From: Anthoceros angustus
Lineage: Eukaryota > Plantae > Anthocerotophyta
NCBI GenBank assembly: GCA_010909165.1
Contig: MU008173.1
Location: forward strand, 930,001-994,000
Direction: 5' to 3'
DNA length: 64,000 bases
The notes beneath the pieces were generated by a model. That model was not told where the DNA came from. It did no database searches and was given only the letters and a program-made list of their open reading frames with translations. Positions 48,294 to 61,239 of the stretch are shown piece after piece (positions within the stretch are counted from its first letter, which is position 1; each line of letters starts with the position of its first letter). A program made the translations under genes and the position numbers.

Positions 48294-51200
48294 ATGGCGG
48301 GGCTGGCAGTGCAGGGAGTGGCGGGGCTCAAAGTGGAGCAGGGATTCTTGGGGAATTCCTTGCCGGCTCGGAATGCCGTGCAGTCCAGGAGGCGGGTGCG
48401 CCTGGCGGCCGCCCGGAGTATGGGGAGCGAGGTGGCGGAGCTGGAGCTGGAGCCGGCCTCCGCCGGGAGCCAGCTGCTCGGTACGCGCTGCATGCTGTGG
48501 TGCTGTGATGTGGGTTGGAGCTGGTTTGCGAGGGGATTGGGTGCAGCTGCATGCAGGACGGGAGGGAGGGGAGCGGAGCGGAGCGTTTGTGGGTGCTGAA
48601 ATTTTGGACCTTCTCGTCTCAACTATGCTGTGCTGTGCTGTGCTGCGCAGTGCCCCGGCAAAAGTACTGCGAGACGGTGCACAAGACCGTGCGCAGGAAG
48701 ACTTCCCCGGTGATGGTTGGGAATGTGGGGATTGGGAGTGATTTTCCTATCCGGGTGCAGACCATGACCACCACGGACACCAAGGATGTGGCGGCCACCG
48801 TGGATCAGGTGCGGTGCTCTACTCTTCTCTTTTGTGGCACGGCTGTGTGGGCGGGGGGTTGATTTTTTTGGGCTTGAGCTTGAAGGGTTTCTCTGGATGG
48901 AATGGGATGGAATACGCAGGTCATGAGGATTTCGGACCGGGGGGCCGATATTGTGAGGATTACAGTGCAAGGGAGGAAGGAGGCTGAGGCTGCTTACGAG
49001 ATTAAGAACACTCTTGTGCAAAAGGGGTAGGATTTGCGTGCAGCCGATTGGTTTGGCTTGGCTTGGCTTGGTGTCGTGTCTTGTCGTTTTGTTGCTTTTT
49101 TGGTGGTTGAAAGATGTTGGCGTCTAACTTTCTACCCGTTATTTGTGCCGGCAGGTACTCCATTCCCCTCGTTGCCGACATCCACTTTGCACCAGCAATT
49201 GCTCTGAAGGTTGCCGAGTGCTTTGATAAGATCAGGATCAACCCTGGCAACTTTGGTGAGTACTCACTGATTTGGGGCTTCCTATCCTCTTGGGAGGCAC
49301 GTCCAGTACTTGAAGTTTCCTTTTCCAAGTCAAGTGTGCTGACAGCTGCTTTGTCTGTGCGTTGGATGTAGCTGACAGGCGGGCCCAGTTTGAGAAACTG
49401 GAATACACCGAGGATGACTACCAGCAAGAGCTGGAGCACATCGAGAAGGTGCGAATTGTTTATGCTCTCCTCTTTATGCTCCTGAAGCCTGGGAGCCCCT
49501 GTTGACTGTGATTCATGTGCAGGTTTTCACTCCTCTTGTGGAGAAGTGCAAAAAGTATGGACGGGCCATGCGAATTGGCACAAACCATGGAAGTTTGTCA
49601 GATCGTATCATGAGCTACTACGGTGACTCTCCAAGGGGCATGGTGAGAAGCCTGGAGTGCATGTTGCCACGATATCCCATCTTCAATCTCTTCACACCAC
49701 CCGAGACCTGTATCTAACTCGTCTTGGTTCCTGTATGTGCGCAGGTTGAGTCGGCTTTTGAGTTTGCTCGCATCTGCCGAAAACTGGACTACCACAATTT
49801 CGTGTTTTCAATGAAGGCTAGCAACCCAGTGGTCATGGTACAAGCATACCGCCTTTTGGTGGCTGAAATGTATGTAAATGGCTGGAATTATCCCCTGCAT
49901 CTGGGAGTCACTGAGGCCGGCGAGGGTGAGGATGGTCGCATGAAGTCAGCTATTGGAATCGGCGCCCTTCTGCAGGTTGGTTTGCACTTTCCCAGTCAGC
50001 AACAGGTTTTTGGGTTTTCCCGGCTTCGGTCAGCAACAGTAACTTTCCTGGATGCTGATCCACTGCCTAATTTGTACAGGATGGCCTGGGTGACACTATT
50101 CGTGTCTCCCTCACAGAGGCCCCAGAGTTTGAAATTGACCCTTGCACAAAGTTGGCCAAGTTGGGAATGCGGGCTTCTGAATTGCAGAGAGGAGTGGTAT
50201 GTTCCTGGGAATTTCTCTCTTGTCAGTTCATGCGTTTTGTTGTGTTTGCACAATTTCACAGTTCAGGTGTGTTATCATCATCAGGCACCATTTGAGGAAA
50301 AGCACCGGCGTTACTTCGACTTCCAGCGCCGAACGGGACAGCTTCCTGTGCAAAAGGAGGTATTAACTACTTCTTTCCTCAACTATACGTGACTTGGCCT
50401 TGGGATAAGATGAAAGTCCATGAACTTTCGGGAATCCTGATCATTGCCAGTTCAATTTTGCAGGGTGACGCAGTAGATTACAGAGGCGTCCTCCACCGTG
50501 ACGGCTCAGTTCTCATGTCTGTCTCCCTTGAGCAGTTGAAGGTAAAAAATGAAGATATCTTGTGAAAGCTTGCAGCTTTTCTCTCTTCAAGAACCTCTTC
50601 TGCTTTGTGGTGGGTCACTTGTTAATGGTACCAATTTTTTTCTCCGCAGAACCCAGAAGCCCTGTACAGGTCTCTGGCGTCTAAACTGATCATTGGCATG
50701 CCGTACAAGGTTGGTTAACTTCTCCGGACTCATGCAGTGCGACAACCTTCTGCTGAGACTCCTCCCAGGACTCACATTTATCAGTGACTCACCATATTCC
50801 GATATGTGCAGGATCTTGCGACTGTGGACACAATCTTGCTGAGAGAGCTACCTGCAGTTGATGACAAAGCTGCGGTGAGCACTAGGACACTCATGTGATG
50901 GCTTCGTGTTCAGCAATTGCTGTAGGAGAACACACATGTGGTTGCATCAATTTCGGCATTTATGATCTGACATTCACATCTGTCGTGTTATGCAGCGACT
51001 GGCTCTAAAGAGACTCACTGACATCAGCGTGGGAGTACTGACTCCGCTATCGGAGCAGCTCGCCAAGCCGCTCCCTAATGCCATGGTGCTTGTGACCCTT
51101 GAGGACCTTGCCTCGGACGCAATTAAGTCGTTACCGGCTGGTGAGTTACTCTGACGCAGCAGAGTCATGTGGATGAAAGGTCAAGCGGCCGAGTAACCTT

Positions 51201-52347
51201 TAACACACTACATCATGGTTGTGCAGGTACCCGACTTGTGGTTACATTGCAAGGTGATGAGGCATACGAGAAACTTGACATCTTGAAGAACACGGAAGCA
51301 ACCATGCTCCTCATCAACTTATCTCAGAATGCAGAGTCGAGCCGAGTGCATGCATCCAGAAGGTCTTCACATAGTTTTCACTTTCAAATTGTTTACTCAC
51401 CGGCGTTTTGGTCAGTTGTGCGTCTTATGCTGACGTCCATCATTTGGGTTTGCAGATTGTTCGAATACTTGGAAGTGAACCAGCTCAACTTCCCTGTAAT
51501 CCACCACTTGGAATTTCCCGCAGGAGTCCACAGGTATTGCAGCGGGGAAATCTTGTGCTGGAATAATGGGAGTAAGTTTGTTTGATCTTTGCAAGTATCT
51601 AAGCTCTGTTTGCATTGCAGAGACGATTTGGTGATCAAGACAGGAAGCGAAGTAGGTGCTCTACTTGTAGACGGGCTTGGCGATGGCTTGCTGTTGGAAG
51701 CAGCTGACCAAGATTTTGAATTCCTTCGCAACACCTCCTTTGGATTACTACAGGGGTGCCGCATGAGGAACACGAAGACGGTAAGAGGGCGTCCGTTGGT
51801 TGTGCTACGCCCTTTTCACTCGTTGTTCGATCGGGAAAGTGTGCTAACTATGACTCGTCTTTCTTGCAGGAGTATGTCTCATGCCCTTCCTGCGGAAGAA
51901 CTCTTTTTGACCTTCAGGAAATCAGTGCCGAAATTCGAGAAAGAACTTCTCATCTTCCTGGCGTTTCGGTGAGTTTTCTTTCGAGTGCATGACATAGCTT
52001 TAAACTGTTGGTGGAGACGGTTCCTTCCTCACATCGTGGGTTGCTTCGGCAGATCGCTATCATGGGCTGCATTGTGAACGGCCCTGGAGAAATGGCGGAT
52101 GCAGACTTCGGTTACGTCGGTGGAGCTCCTGGAAAGATCGATCTTTACGTCGGGAAGGTATGCTTCAAATGAAAATGCTGTCTCAGCTTTGTTCATGCTC
52201 TTTGCTTTCGACTTTCCTTAAGAATCCTACCCTTTTCCACAACAGGAGGTCGTCAAAAGAGGAATTGCTATGGAGACTGCAACTGACTCCTTGATCCAGC
52301 TTATCAAGGATCACGGGCGTTGGGTGGATCCTGAAGTTGTGGCCTGA
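48294..52347 (+). CDS. HDS: 4-hydroxy-3-methylbut-2-enyl diphosphate synthase (HDS/IspG/GcpE), ~19 exons
   Basis: [97 protein letters not shown] (4Fe-4S ligands), ends [10 protein letters not shown]. Confidence 0.97.
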
Positions 52348-52619
52348 GCGTCTTAGAACCAAATTGTAGAGTTATATTAGCTCCCTGTACTTGGGATAAA
52401 TTATCTCAATTGAGGGGCATTTGGCCTGATTCAGGCGTAGTCTTTGTAACAGTAGTCATTCGGACTCCATATTGGTCGCGGAAATTTAGCTCTGTACAGT
52501 CAGCCCACTAAACTATCTTCAGTGCGTCGCTTGAGAATCGCTTTGGTAGAGTAGAACTGAAGAAATTCTACTTGGAACTGAAAAACTGCTAGTCCTTGCT
52601 TTTTTCTCGGCACGTTTTA

Positions 52620-52930
52620 CACACCAGGTTTGTGATGTGTGTAAGATGTTGCAAAGTTGACATCTCACTCTTGAGACACTTGTGTGATGTGTGTAAGATG
52701 TGGCAAGTGGACATCTGCCTTTGGAGACACCTTGTGTGACATCTCACTCTCGAGACACCTGTGTGGCGTGTGTAAGATGTGGCAAAGTCGACAACTCACT
52801 CTCGAGACACCTTGTGGGACATCTCACGCTCGACACTCGAGACACGTTGTGTGACATCTCACCCTCGACAGTCGAGACACGTTGTGTGACATCTCACTCT
52901 CGAGACGCCTTGTGTGTGCAAGATGTGGCA
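52620..52930. repeat. Degenerate ~28-bp tandem repeat between HDS and endosulfine 3' ends
   Basis: ttgtgtgacatctcactctcgagacac units. Confidence 0.8.
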
Positions 52931-53231
52931 ATTCGAGCGCATAATATCACAGTGAAGACAGGCACAAAACCACTTTTCAGACCACTCGAGACTGTGTCTC
53001 CAGCAGCCCGCAGGAAGACTTGTGTCATCTTCACACTGAGATTGCGCACTCGAATTGCCACGTCTTGCATAGAAGCAGAGCTGGATGGGTGTCAAACTGA
53101 TTCCTACAGCAGACACAACATACTGAATTTACCAAAGAAATAAAATACAGACTGAAACGCCTTCGTCTCTAACTAACAAGGTGCTGCATTGCTCGAGCCC
53201 TGTGTCTCAAAACGCCGAACTTACACCACCT

Positions 53232-54194
53232 TCAATTGGCCGGTGTTTCCACCTCTGCGCCTCCTTCTCCTGAGGAGAGTCCACATACACGTTTCAGCAT
53301 ACTTCCCTTCGCTTCTCACCTTTTGCCCCTCAATCATGAGCATTGTCAGAAACAGAACAGGTTACCTGCCATTTCTTCAGCTGAGGGAATGTAAGAAGCA
53401 CGTCGAGATGGAAGAGGTTGATGTGGTGTTGGCTGGAAATGTGGGAGTATTAAGCTCAAGTGCAAGGACTCCCCTACCAGAATGTCGCAAGCCCCTAAAT
53501 CTCAGTCAGAAAAACTTGTTTTCATGCTTCAGCTTTACCTGTAGTTTGGGACGAAGTGACTCCACCGAACTTCTAGGCTTCACACCTGGTGCCGTGCCCT
53601 GCTTCACACAACGACAGCGAACAAGCAGATCAACCACTGCTGCTCCGAGCTCTGGCTTGCCATCCACTCAATCCTGAGACAGACTACCTTTCCAAGCGCC
53701 CAATCCGCAGAGTCGAAGAAGGCTCGCTCATGATCCTGCTCAGAACACCGATTTTTTAACTCAGGAACCTCTACCCACCTCATCAACATATGCAGAAGGC
53801 AGATGCTACAAAAACAGACACATTCTGAATTGAGAAATCGTAAGCTGAATTTCCTTGAGCTCTGTCAATGAAACCAGATCCTCCGCTGCGCACTCACCTT
53901 CGAAATAAGTGGTGGCTTCTTCGGAATAAGACCCCCGTATCTTTTTTTCAACACAGCCTCCTGTAAAGGGGAACGATGCTGAAATCGTAAGAGAACAGAC
54001 CCACCTACCAACACATCCAGCCCTGTTCCACATCTGCCCTGGACAACTGCTGATTTCCCCAGGTGTGAAAGCATCGTATCTAAGGCCTAACAGTGCCTCG
54101 ACCAGACCTGCTCTTGCGTGGACGGCGTAGACGGCTGAGGGTGCTCATCGGCCACCGCCACTCCACCAGGGCGGCCTTCTCCTGAGTCCGCCAT
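53232..54194 (-). CDS. Endosulfine / cAMP-regulated phosphoprotein 19 family protein, 6 coding exons
   Basis: Spliced MADSGEG...QEQ/EAVLKKRYGGLIPKKPPLISK/DHERAFFDSADWALGK/QGTAPG...LRPKLQ/PTPHQPLPSRR.../GEGGAEVETPAN*; FDSADW is the plant form of the Greatwall phosphosite. Confidence 0.92.
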
Positions 54195-54756
54195 AGCCAG
54201 CCCTCGGAACCTCACAACAGATTTGTACGAAGAAATGCCAATCCTGCAGGGACCAGTCTAGCTACAACTTGTCCTGCCCGACCACGCCCGTCTGTTGCTG
54301 ATTGATGCACAATGGATTGAAACGCCTTACAAGCTCGGAACTCGACCCGCTGCCTTCGGTGTCGTGGAGACACCTTTGAGCTCCAAGCACCGTATGACGA
54401 ATGGTTTTATTGCTCTTATTCTTATTCGGCCCTGACAAAATGCTCCGATTTTTTTCTGTTCGTGATGTGTATCCTCCCCCAAGACACAACCCTAGATTAC
54501 AGACTAGATTGACATGTGCGATGACTAAGACTTATGTACAGAAAACGTTAGGTGTATGACAATATCGCTGTTGTAAAGAGCCCTTTCATTCTACTGCATT
54601 AGTATGTATCTACTTAATATTTAATAAAATAAAATAATTATTATAGAAGAATTTATTAATACTTAATAAACCTTTAGAAATAAAAGAGGAGTTGAATTTT
54701 ATAATTTTACTTTCTAATTGTATATATGAAGAAGAAAGAAAAAGTCTATTATAGAT

Positions 54757-55206
54757 CAGGGTGTCATTTTGACCGAGTACTAGCTCAGTCCCCGGGACCG
54801 CCTACCCTGGCTACGCTCGGTCCCGGACCGAGCAGGGACCGTGCCTTTTTGCGACCCTTGGTCACTAAATATAATAATATTAAATAAAATAATTTATAAA
54901 TAACAATATAAAAATGAGAGTTCTATCTCGGAATCCAACACCCAACAGATTCTTATAAATGTGTGTCCATGTGTCCATGTGTCCATGTGTCCATGTGTCC
55001 ATGTGTCCATAATAAAATATAAATCCTTGGATATAAAATTAAGTAATTTACTAATTTTAAACCGGACCTTTTATGAACCCTCGGTCCCGAGGGTAATAGG
55101 GGACCGAGGGTGGGGACTGGATATTGAAGAACCTCCGGTCTCATGTTTTTTTTAACACATGCCGGAACCGGGACCGAGCTTGGGTCGGGGTCAAAATGAC
55201 ACCCTG
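54757..55206. mobile_element. 450-bp hAT-type MITE
   Basis: Perfect 18-bp TIR cagggtgtcattttgacc / ggtcaaaatgacaccctg; 8-bp TSD ttatagat (54749-54756, 55207-55214); subterminal gggaccg motifs; internal (gtgtccat)n. Confidence 0.95.
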
Positions 55207-55244
55207 TTATAGATCACTTGAACTAAATTCTTCCTGTCATAGTA

Positions 55245-55545
55245 CTTGGTACTTCACAACTTGGACCATAGTGTGCCTAAGCTACTTGCACCAAGGGCAT
55301 CCACTCGGTACTTAACAACTTGGACCATAGTGTGCCTAAGCTACTTACACCAAGGGCATCCACTCCCCCTACGCATCAAGGGCTCCCGTCTAGGAACCCA
55401 CCTAAGTACCGATCTAAGCGCATGATGCTTTGACAACAGCATTCTTATAAATGTGTGTCCATGTGCCTAAGCTACTTGCACCGAGGGCATCCACTCCCTC
55501 TAGGCACCCCATCTAAGTACTAACCGAAGCGCAGGATGCTTAACA
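55245..55545 (-). repeat. Second locus of the 5S-promoter-containing dispersed repeat
   Basis: Shares ttggtacttcacaac...gtgcctaagctacttgcaccaagggcatccactc and cccatctaagtac...gcttaac with 34890-35130. Confidence 0.75.
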
Positions 55546-57699
55546 AAAGGGCAGGATTCCCCGCCCTTTCTACCATGCTAAATCAGGCCGGACACAACCG
55601 TAGGACGTCAGATTTTTTCTTGAAGGAGTCGATTTAGAACCCTGGGAACTCGGAATCCAACACCCAGCGCATTTGTGTGCAAACAGACTCTTGGGAATAT
55701 GGAGCCTGAGTGCCTGAGCTAGAATGATCTGAGCTTGTCCTCTATGAAAGGGTCTATATATACTAGCCCTTGGCATCCGCATATTTCTAAGATATGCTAT
55801 TGGCATCAGCATATGCTGGAAATATCCTAAGAATACATTATAATATATAAGGAATATCCTAAAGCATAGTACTTGTGCTTATCCACTTAGCTATTGCTAA
55901 CCATGTTTAATTGGCACTAATCAAACTCTTAATTAACATAAGTGCCTTAGATTAATTAATACTAATTGCTTGCTTAAAGGTAAGTAATTAACGCTAATCA
56001 AATACTAAAGCCAAGCCGCTCATCACGGCACGTGGTCCAACGTAAGATTAGTGCAACCTGGCACCGGAACCTTTGGCGAAATGCGGCCGGGGTCGGTGAA
56101 AAGGACCAACGCATCCCAAGGGGGATTGGGTGAAGCTGCATCCAGCTCTCATCCATCATGCCGATGATTTGTTGAACCCGTTTGTGAATGGCATGAATTC
56201 CTTGCCCATATGCAGTCAGAATATTCATATATATATGTTGCGTGAAGGCAATCGGTGGAGGTAGCTCAAGCTGAGAACATTTCGGCACCATCGCTGTGCG
56301 TGGGAAATGAGAGTTCTATCTCGGAATCCCTACGCTTGACCGGCTTGCATGGGTTATAGCATTGAAAGGCTGCCGAATGGTCACGGTAGATCCTAGCCAT
56401 TGTGCAGCTTTACTAAGAAGGATTTTCTTGGGCGTGGGGAGGGGTTTACATATTGAGAAAGAAGGAGTTTAGGGTGGGAAATTGAGTCATGGCAGAAGAT
56501 ATTGAATCAAGGTATCCAATGAAAGCAAAGGCTGGTTTTATGACGGTGAAGCAGCCCCTGACATTTCTTATTGATATAGGTTTGACCGCTGTGGAAACCA
56601 GTGAAAGGACTAGCAGTTGGTCTTGCGACACTAATTGTGGCAGGTAAGCGGGTAAGCGGGAGGCGGTGGTGGGATCACGAAATAGCGGGCACACTTGGGG
56701 GCCACGAATGCTGGGTCTCACCCCGAAGACCCACCAAGCATAGCGAGCCCAAGGTTCTACCTAATCCCGAGTCCGGTTAGATCATGTGCCCCGTTTCAAT
56801 GAGGATGATGCATATTTTCTGGCGTATTTTTTAGAAATAAAAAATAAAAATAAAGCGTAGGTTAAAAACTAAATAAAAGGTCAACAAAAAGAGAGTTCTT
56901 TAAATATAAAAAATGAGAGATATGATACGAAATGTAGGTGAAAAGACTCAAAACGAGTGGGTTAGACAATCTGAATTGAATTGAGACAAAATATATATGC
57001 GAACTCATGACAACTCCGTGGCGTATTATAGAGGAGAAAGACTAAAGACCCTCTTTTACATTAAAACTTTTCGCATCCTATACGCTGTTTTCCGAAAATG
57101 AGACACCATGTCACTTTTGGGAGCGAGTTGGGATCAGATGTCTACCAACATGGGCACATCATGTATTAAAACAATAATAGATGCATTGGGATGTGTTTAC
57201 TCATTGCTACACGAGAAGAGTTTTGCAAGCTGTGCAATATATATATACCAGCCCCTTCACTTTTCTCCTGGTGCATGACATTATTCGGTCTCAAGGCAAA
57301 CATAAATCGTCTTGCCTACTAACAATAGTGGTCGGGGGTGCTTCAATCATGTTCTATAAATGACCTCTAGTCACATTGGTCTCAGATGGTATAAAGGAGA
57401 GAACCAAGCATGGCTCATTCGGAAGGCGTGAGCACTACTTGGGATTCACTCACCTTATCTAGTCTGAGTCTCTACCGGTGCAAGTTGCATCGCTTCAAGC
57501 TTCAAGATTAGAAAAAAGCAGGGATCTTAATGATTATGGCAACGAAGTTGTACCAGCTCCTTGTCTGTGGTTTCAGCTTCACCCCGTTTGCCCGCCAGAT
57601 AGACAATAAAGTATGGCATCATGCTTGAAATCACCAAGTACTCTCTTTATCATATCAGAGAACACACATATGCACGGCAAGGGGCGTGAAGGATGGCAC

Positions 57700-57747
57700 C
57701 CCATCCTAGTACTGATCCGCCCGCAGGCTGCTTAAATGTGGAATTCT
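57700..57747 (-). repeat. Single 5S-promoter-derived cassette
   Basis: cccatcctagtact-gatccgcccgcaggct-gcttaa-atgtggaattct; first 14 nt identical to the plant 5S C-box region. Confidence 0.7.
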
Positions 57748-60700
57748 TATCTCAGCTCATGTATGGTGTACCCCCACTCGTATCTCACTCTACTATATGC
57801 ATGCATGCGCCGCTAAGCAGGACACCCTCCAATAAGTTTATGAGGAAAGCACAAATAGCGTAGTACAGATTGGAATGTCCTCTCCATGATTTGCCTGCGT
57901 GATTGCTTGTTTTTCCGGCGTGGTGGCGCGATGCTGCAGGAAATTGCGGTCACACCTTGTTTTAAGTGCGTGGTTTCCTTCTTCTTACACATGCTACTTA
58001 CCTGGTAAGAAGACATGGAGATGATTGTACCCTTTATTGTGACAGGCTCCCTCCCTCCCCCCTATTCGGCGACCTTGCTGTTGGGATGACCCCTCTCTAC
58101 ACCCAGGCAGGGACAATGTGATCAGTGTGCATTCTTGCCAAGAGGAAATGCATGTCTAGGCCCGCTCACTACTAGAATGATGGGGGATAAACAGTGTATT
58201 TTATTACGTGAAAATGACATTTACGAACTGTGTACGATGCGGGCTTTATATCATTCCCTACGTCACCAAAACTCATAATTATTGTTTGGGAATGATGCAT
58301 GTGGAGAAGCCACTTCCTGTGCTTAAGGGATGTCGTCCTAGGTTTCCAGGATGGTGGTCCAGTCGGATGGACCGGAAGGGGAATCGGTCGGATAGGACGG
58401 TAACAGCAAAAGGACGAGATTCTCACTAACGGGACGAAAATAGATGGGACAAAATGGGCTGACAGAATGAGACAGGTGCAGGCACCCCTTTGCCCCGAGT
58501 TGAGGGGAACGGGCTATGTGCGCTCGTGCCCCGAGTTGAGGGGAACGGGCTATGTGCGCTCGTTTTCTTACTCGACTATCAAATTAACCACTAATAGGGT
58601 ACATATACAAAATCTTATCAGTTGATTCTCTATCACATTCATGCTCATTTTTTAATCTTGAATTTCAATTTCAATTTGGATGATTTTTTACCTTTAATTC
58701 ATTTTAAAATTTATCAAAATAATTCGTTACTAAATTCAAATTATTGATTAGCACAAGCTATAATTAACACAAGCTCAGCTAATTAGCTTATAATTAATAG
58801 CATCCTTGGATAGTTAAGCCTCACGAATGAGGAAAAGAGACTCGGCAAGTGCACTTTTGATCTCGCTATATTGTAAGCACTGCTGACTTTGCAGCTTGTG
58901 TTGAAGCACTACCCAAATACAATAAAAGCACTTAAAGAAGTATACACACCATTGTCTTGGCTAGGACACAAGTGTCTAATGTTAAATCTTTTCCAAACAC
59001 TTCACCGATGCTTGACAACTAGACGTAGCATGGTTGCCATTAGATTTGATAAGCATGGCAGAATGTGTTGCATAACAAGCACAACACAAGTTTAAACTGA
59101 TATAGGCAAATAAAGTAATCATGAATCCAGAAAGTCAGAAGCATAAAATGACTATGTATACAATGTCAGCTTACTAGCTTCATAATTGAAGATGTCTCAC
59201 AATGACACTCAAATAAATTGTAGGCGCTTTTCTGAGGACTGCAAAACTTGCAAACTTCTGTCCAAGTGTAGAGATTTGTGGCACAAAGCCATTCAACAAG
59301 GCAGCTCCAACATTTATTCACAGACAACTTATCAAATTTTATCTCAAAGTTATTGTCCCAACCCATACTATCCCACCTGGGAGACGCTGGGATGACAATG
59401 CATACTAATCTCCTAAAGATGACGGATGACAGGTTCCAAACTCTAGGCGTTCTTTGTGATTTTCAAATTTAGAATCACCTATACATGTACAAAACAATCA
59501 TCCATTATACTATTAAATTTCACCATTCACAGACATTGATAATATTGGAGACATTTATTCTTACAAAGCAAGATTTATAGACCAGCAAACATGTGTCATG
59601 AATGCCCACGCACAAGTCCTTTATGTAAGCAGTGCTCTGAAGTAACCTGATGAAAATGGTTTCTTCCCCCGACATTGACGAGAGCGCGAGACCCACAAAT
59701 TCTCACTTCCACACCAACATCCTCCCGGGATGCAATTTAAACCAGACATTCGATCTCTTTTCCACCCTCCAGCTCATGGACCAGGTGCTCAACATCAAAT
59801 TACTAAGCTTCATATCTTCAAGAGCTGCAGCTGCTTCTACGAGTAGTTGCTCCTCATTTCACCGAACCGCTCCAAGCTCACCGCCGCTCACATAAAAGTC
59901 CACAAAAAATTAAATCTGCACAACAGACACGAGCTCCTCCCTATTGTGCTAGGTTCTTTAATGGAACTTTTTTGCATAACTTTTTGCTGTGATATGTGTG
60001 AATTGTTCACGAGGACCATTCCCTTCCCCACACCATTATTACATCGCTAGTAGTCTAGCTCTTGCGGGCCTCTCAACGACCAGAGCAAGACCATCAGATT
60101 TGCTAGTCCTAAAAAGACCGATCCCCCGCCCTTCACACAAGCCCCGAAACCCTGACCTTTGATGCCATAGCAAGCTTAAAAAAGAGACGGAAAAAATGGA
60201 GCTCCATGTGAAAGAAAGGAGGTGGAGGCCGCAGTCACGCTGTCGGATTCGATAGACACAAGTAAGGCGCAAGCCAACATTCCAACGTAGTTCAAGAACC
60301 AATCCCTCACCACTCCGTTCTTGCCTGCCATTCACGAGTTTGCTGTTCGGCTCACTTATGGCAAGCCAACCACGATTAGACAACTAAATATAAGGCTGCA
60401 GGTGGCACAAAAATTGTACATCATCGCAACAATAGCGGCTCCGCCAGCAGTCGAAGGCTCCAATTTCTTGCCGACTAACATGCACTATGACCCATTTGCA
60501 TCTTGGCAACCCAGGCTGGCCGCATCCTTGGCGCCAACGGAGAGCTCTTCTTAGTGCGTGTGTTGCCTGACCACAACTAGCATCTTCTGTGAAGCACTTT
60601 GGCAAGAGGAGCGCTCTACGACTGGAGTGGACATCTCCTTGCAGCATCATTTGTAACTATTTGTTCTCGGATGTGGCAAAGTACTAATTTCTGGTATGTA

Positions 60701-61239
60701 CTGCCTGTAGGATCTGGCTCTCCCTTTGGATCCCTCTCCCCCTCCACCCGTCAATCGACGGGATAGGCGTTGAGGGCAGCAAGCCCCCTGTCCCCCCAGC
60801 CCCCCGGAACCACAAGTGGCTGAAAATTCTCCTCTGGCGGCTGAGACTTTAGTGGGCCACGATCATAGAGTCATAGTTTTACGCATGGGAGCTGCCATCT
60901 GTGGTGTACACCTCCACCTTGCGATGGACGATTGTCCCCGCCAGCTGGACCCCACTGATCAAGGCAACGTGGATTTCTGTCAGACAATGCTAATGTTGCG
61001 GACCCACATCACCTCCTTGGAGCAGTCCATCTTCTGCTTTACAGACACCTTTCTGCATCTGCGTGAGATAGAAGCGAAGTTCGCATTCGCACGGGTAGGA
61101 AGCAACTACAACGGGCGTGGCTGACTCATCTCTGTACCCAATACAGTAAGCTGCACGAATGGTATGAGGCCTCGGCTCTCCGGGGCTTGGAGAAGGAAAT
61201 GTGGAGACTTTATAAAAAGAATGAAGTGGGATATCCCAT

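Noticed and set aside
34157-52347. Larger terpenoid biosynthetic cluster including germin
   Set aside because: No terpene synthase, prenyltransferase or P450 in the window; germin belongs to the PPR duplication unit.
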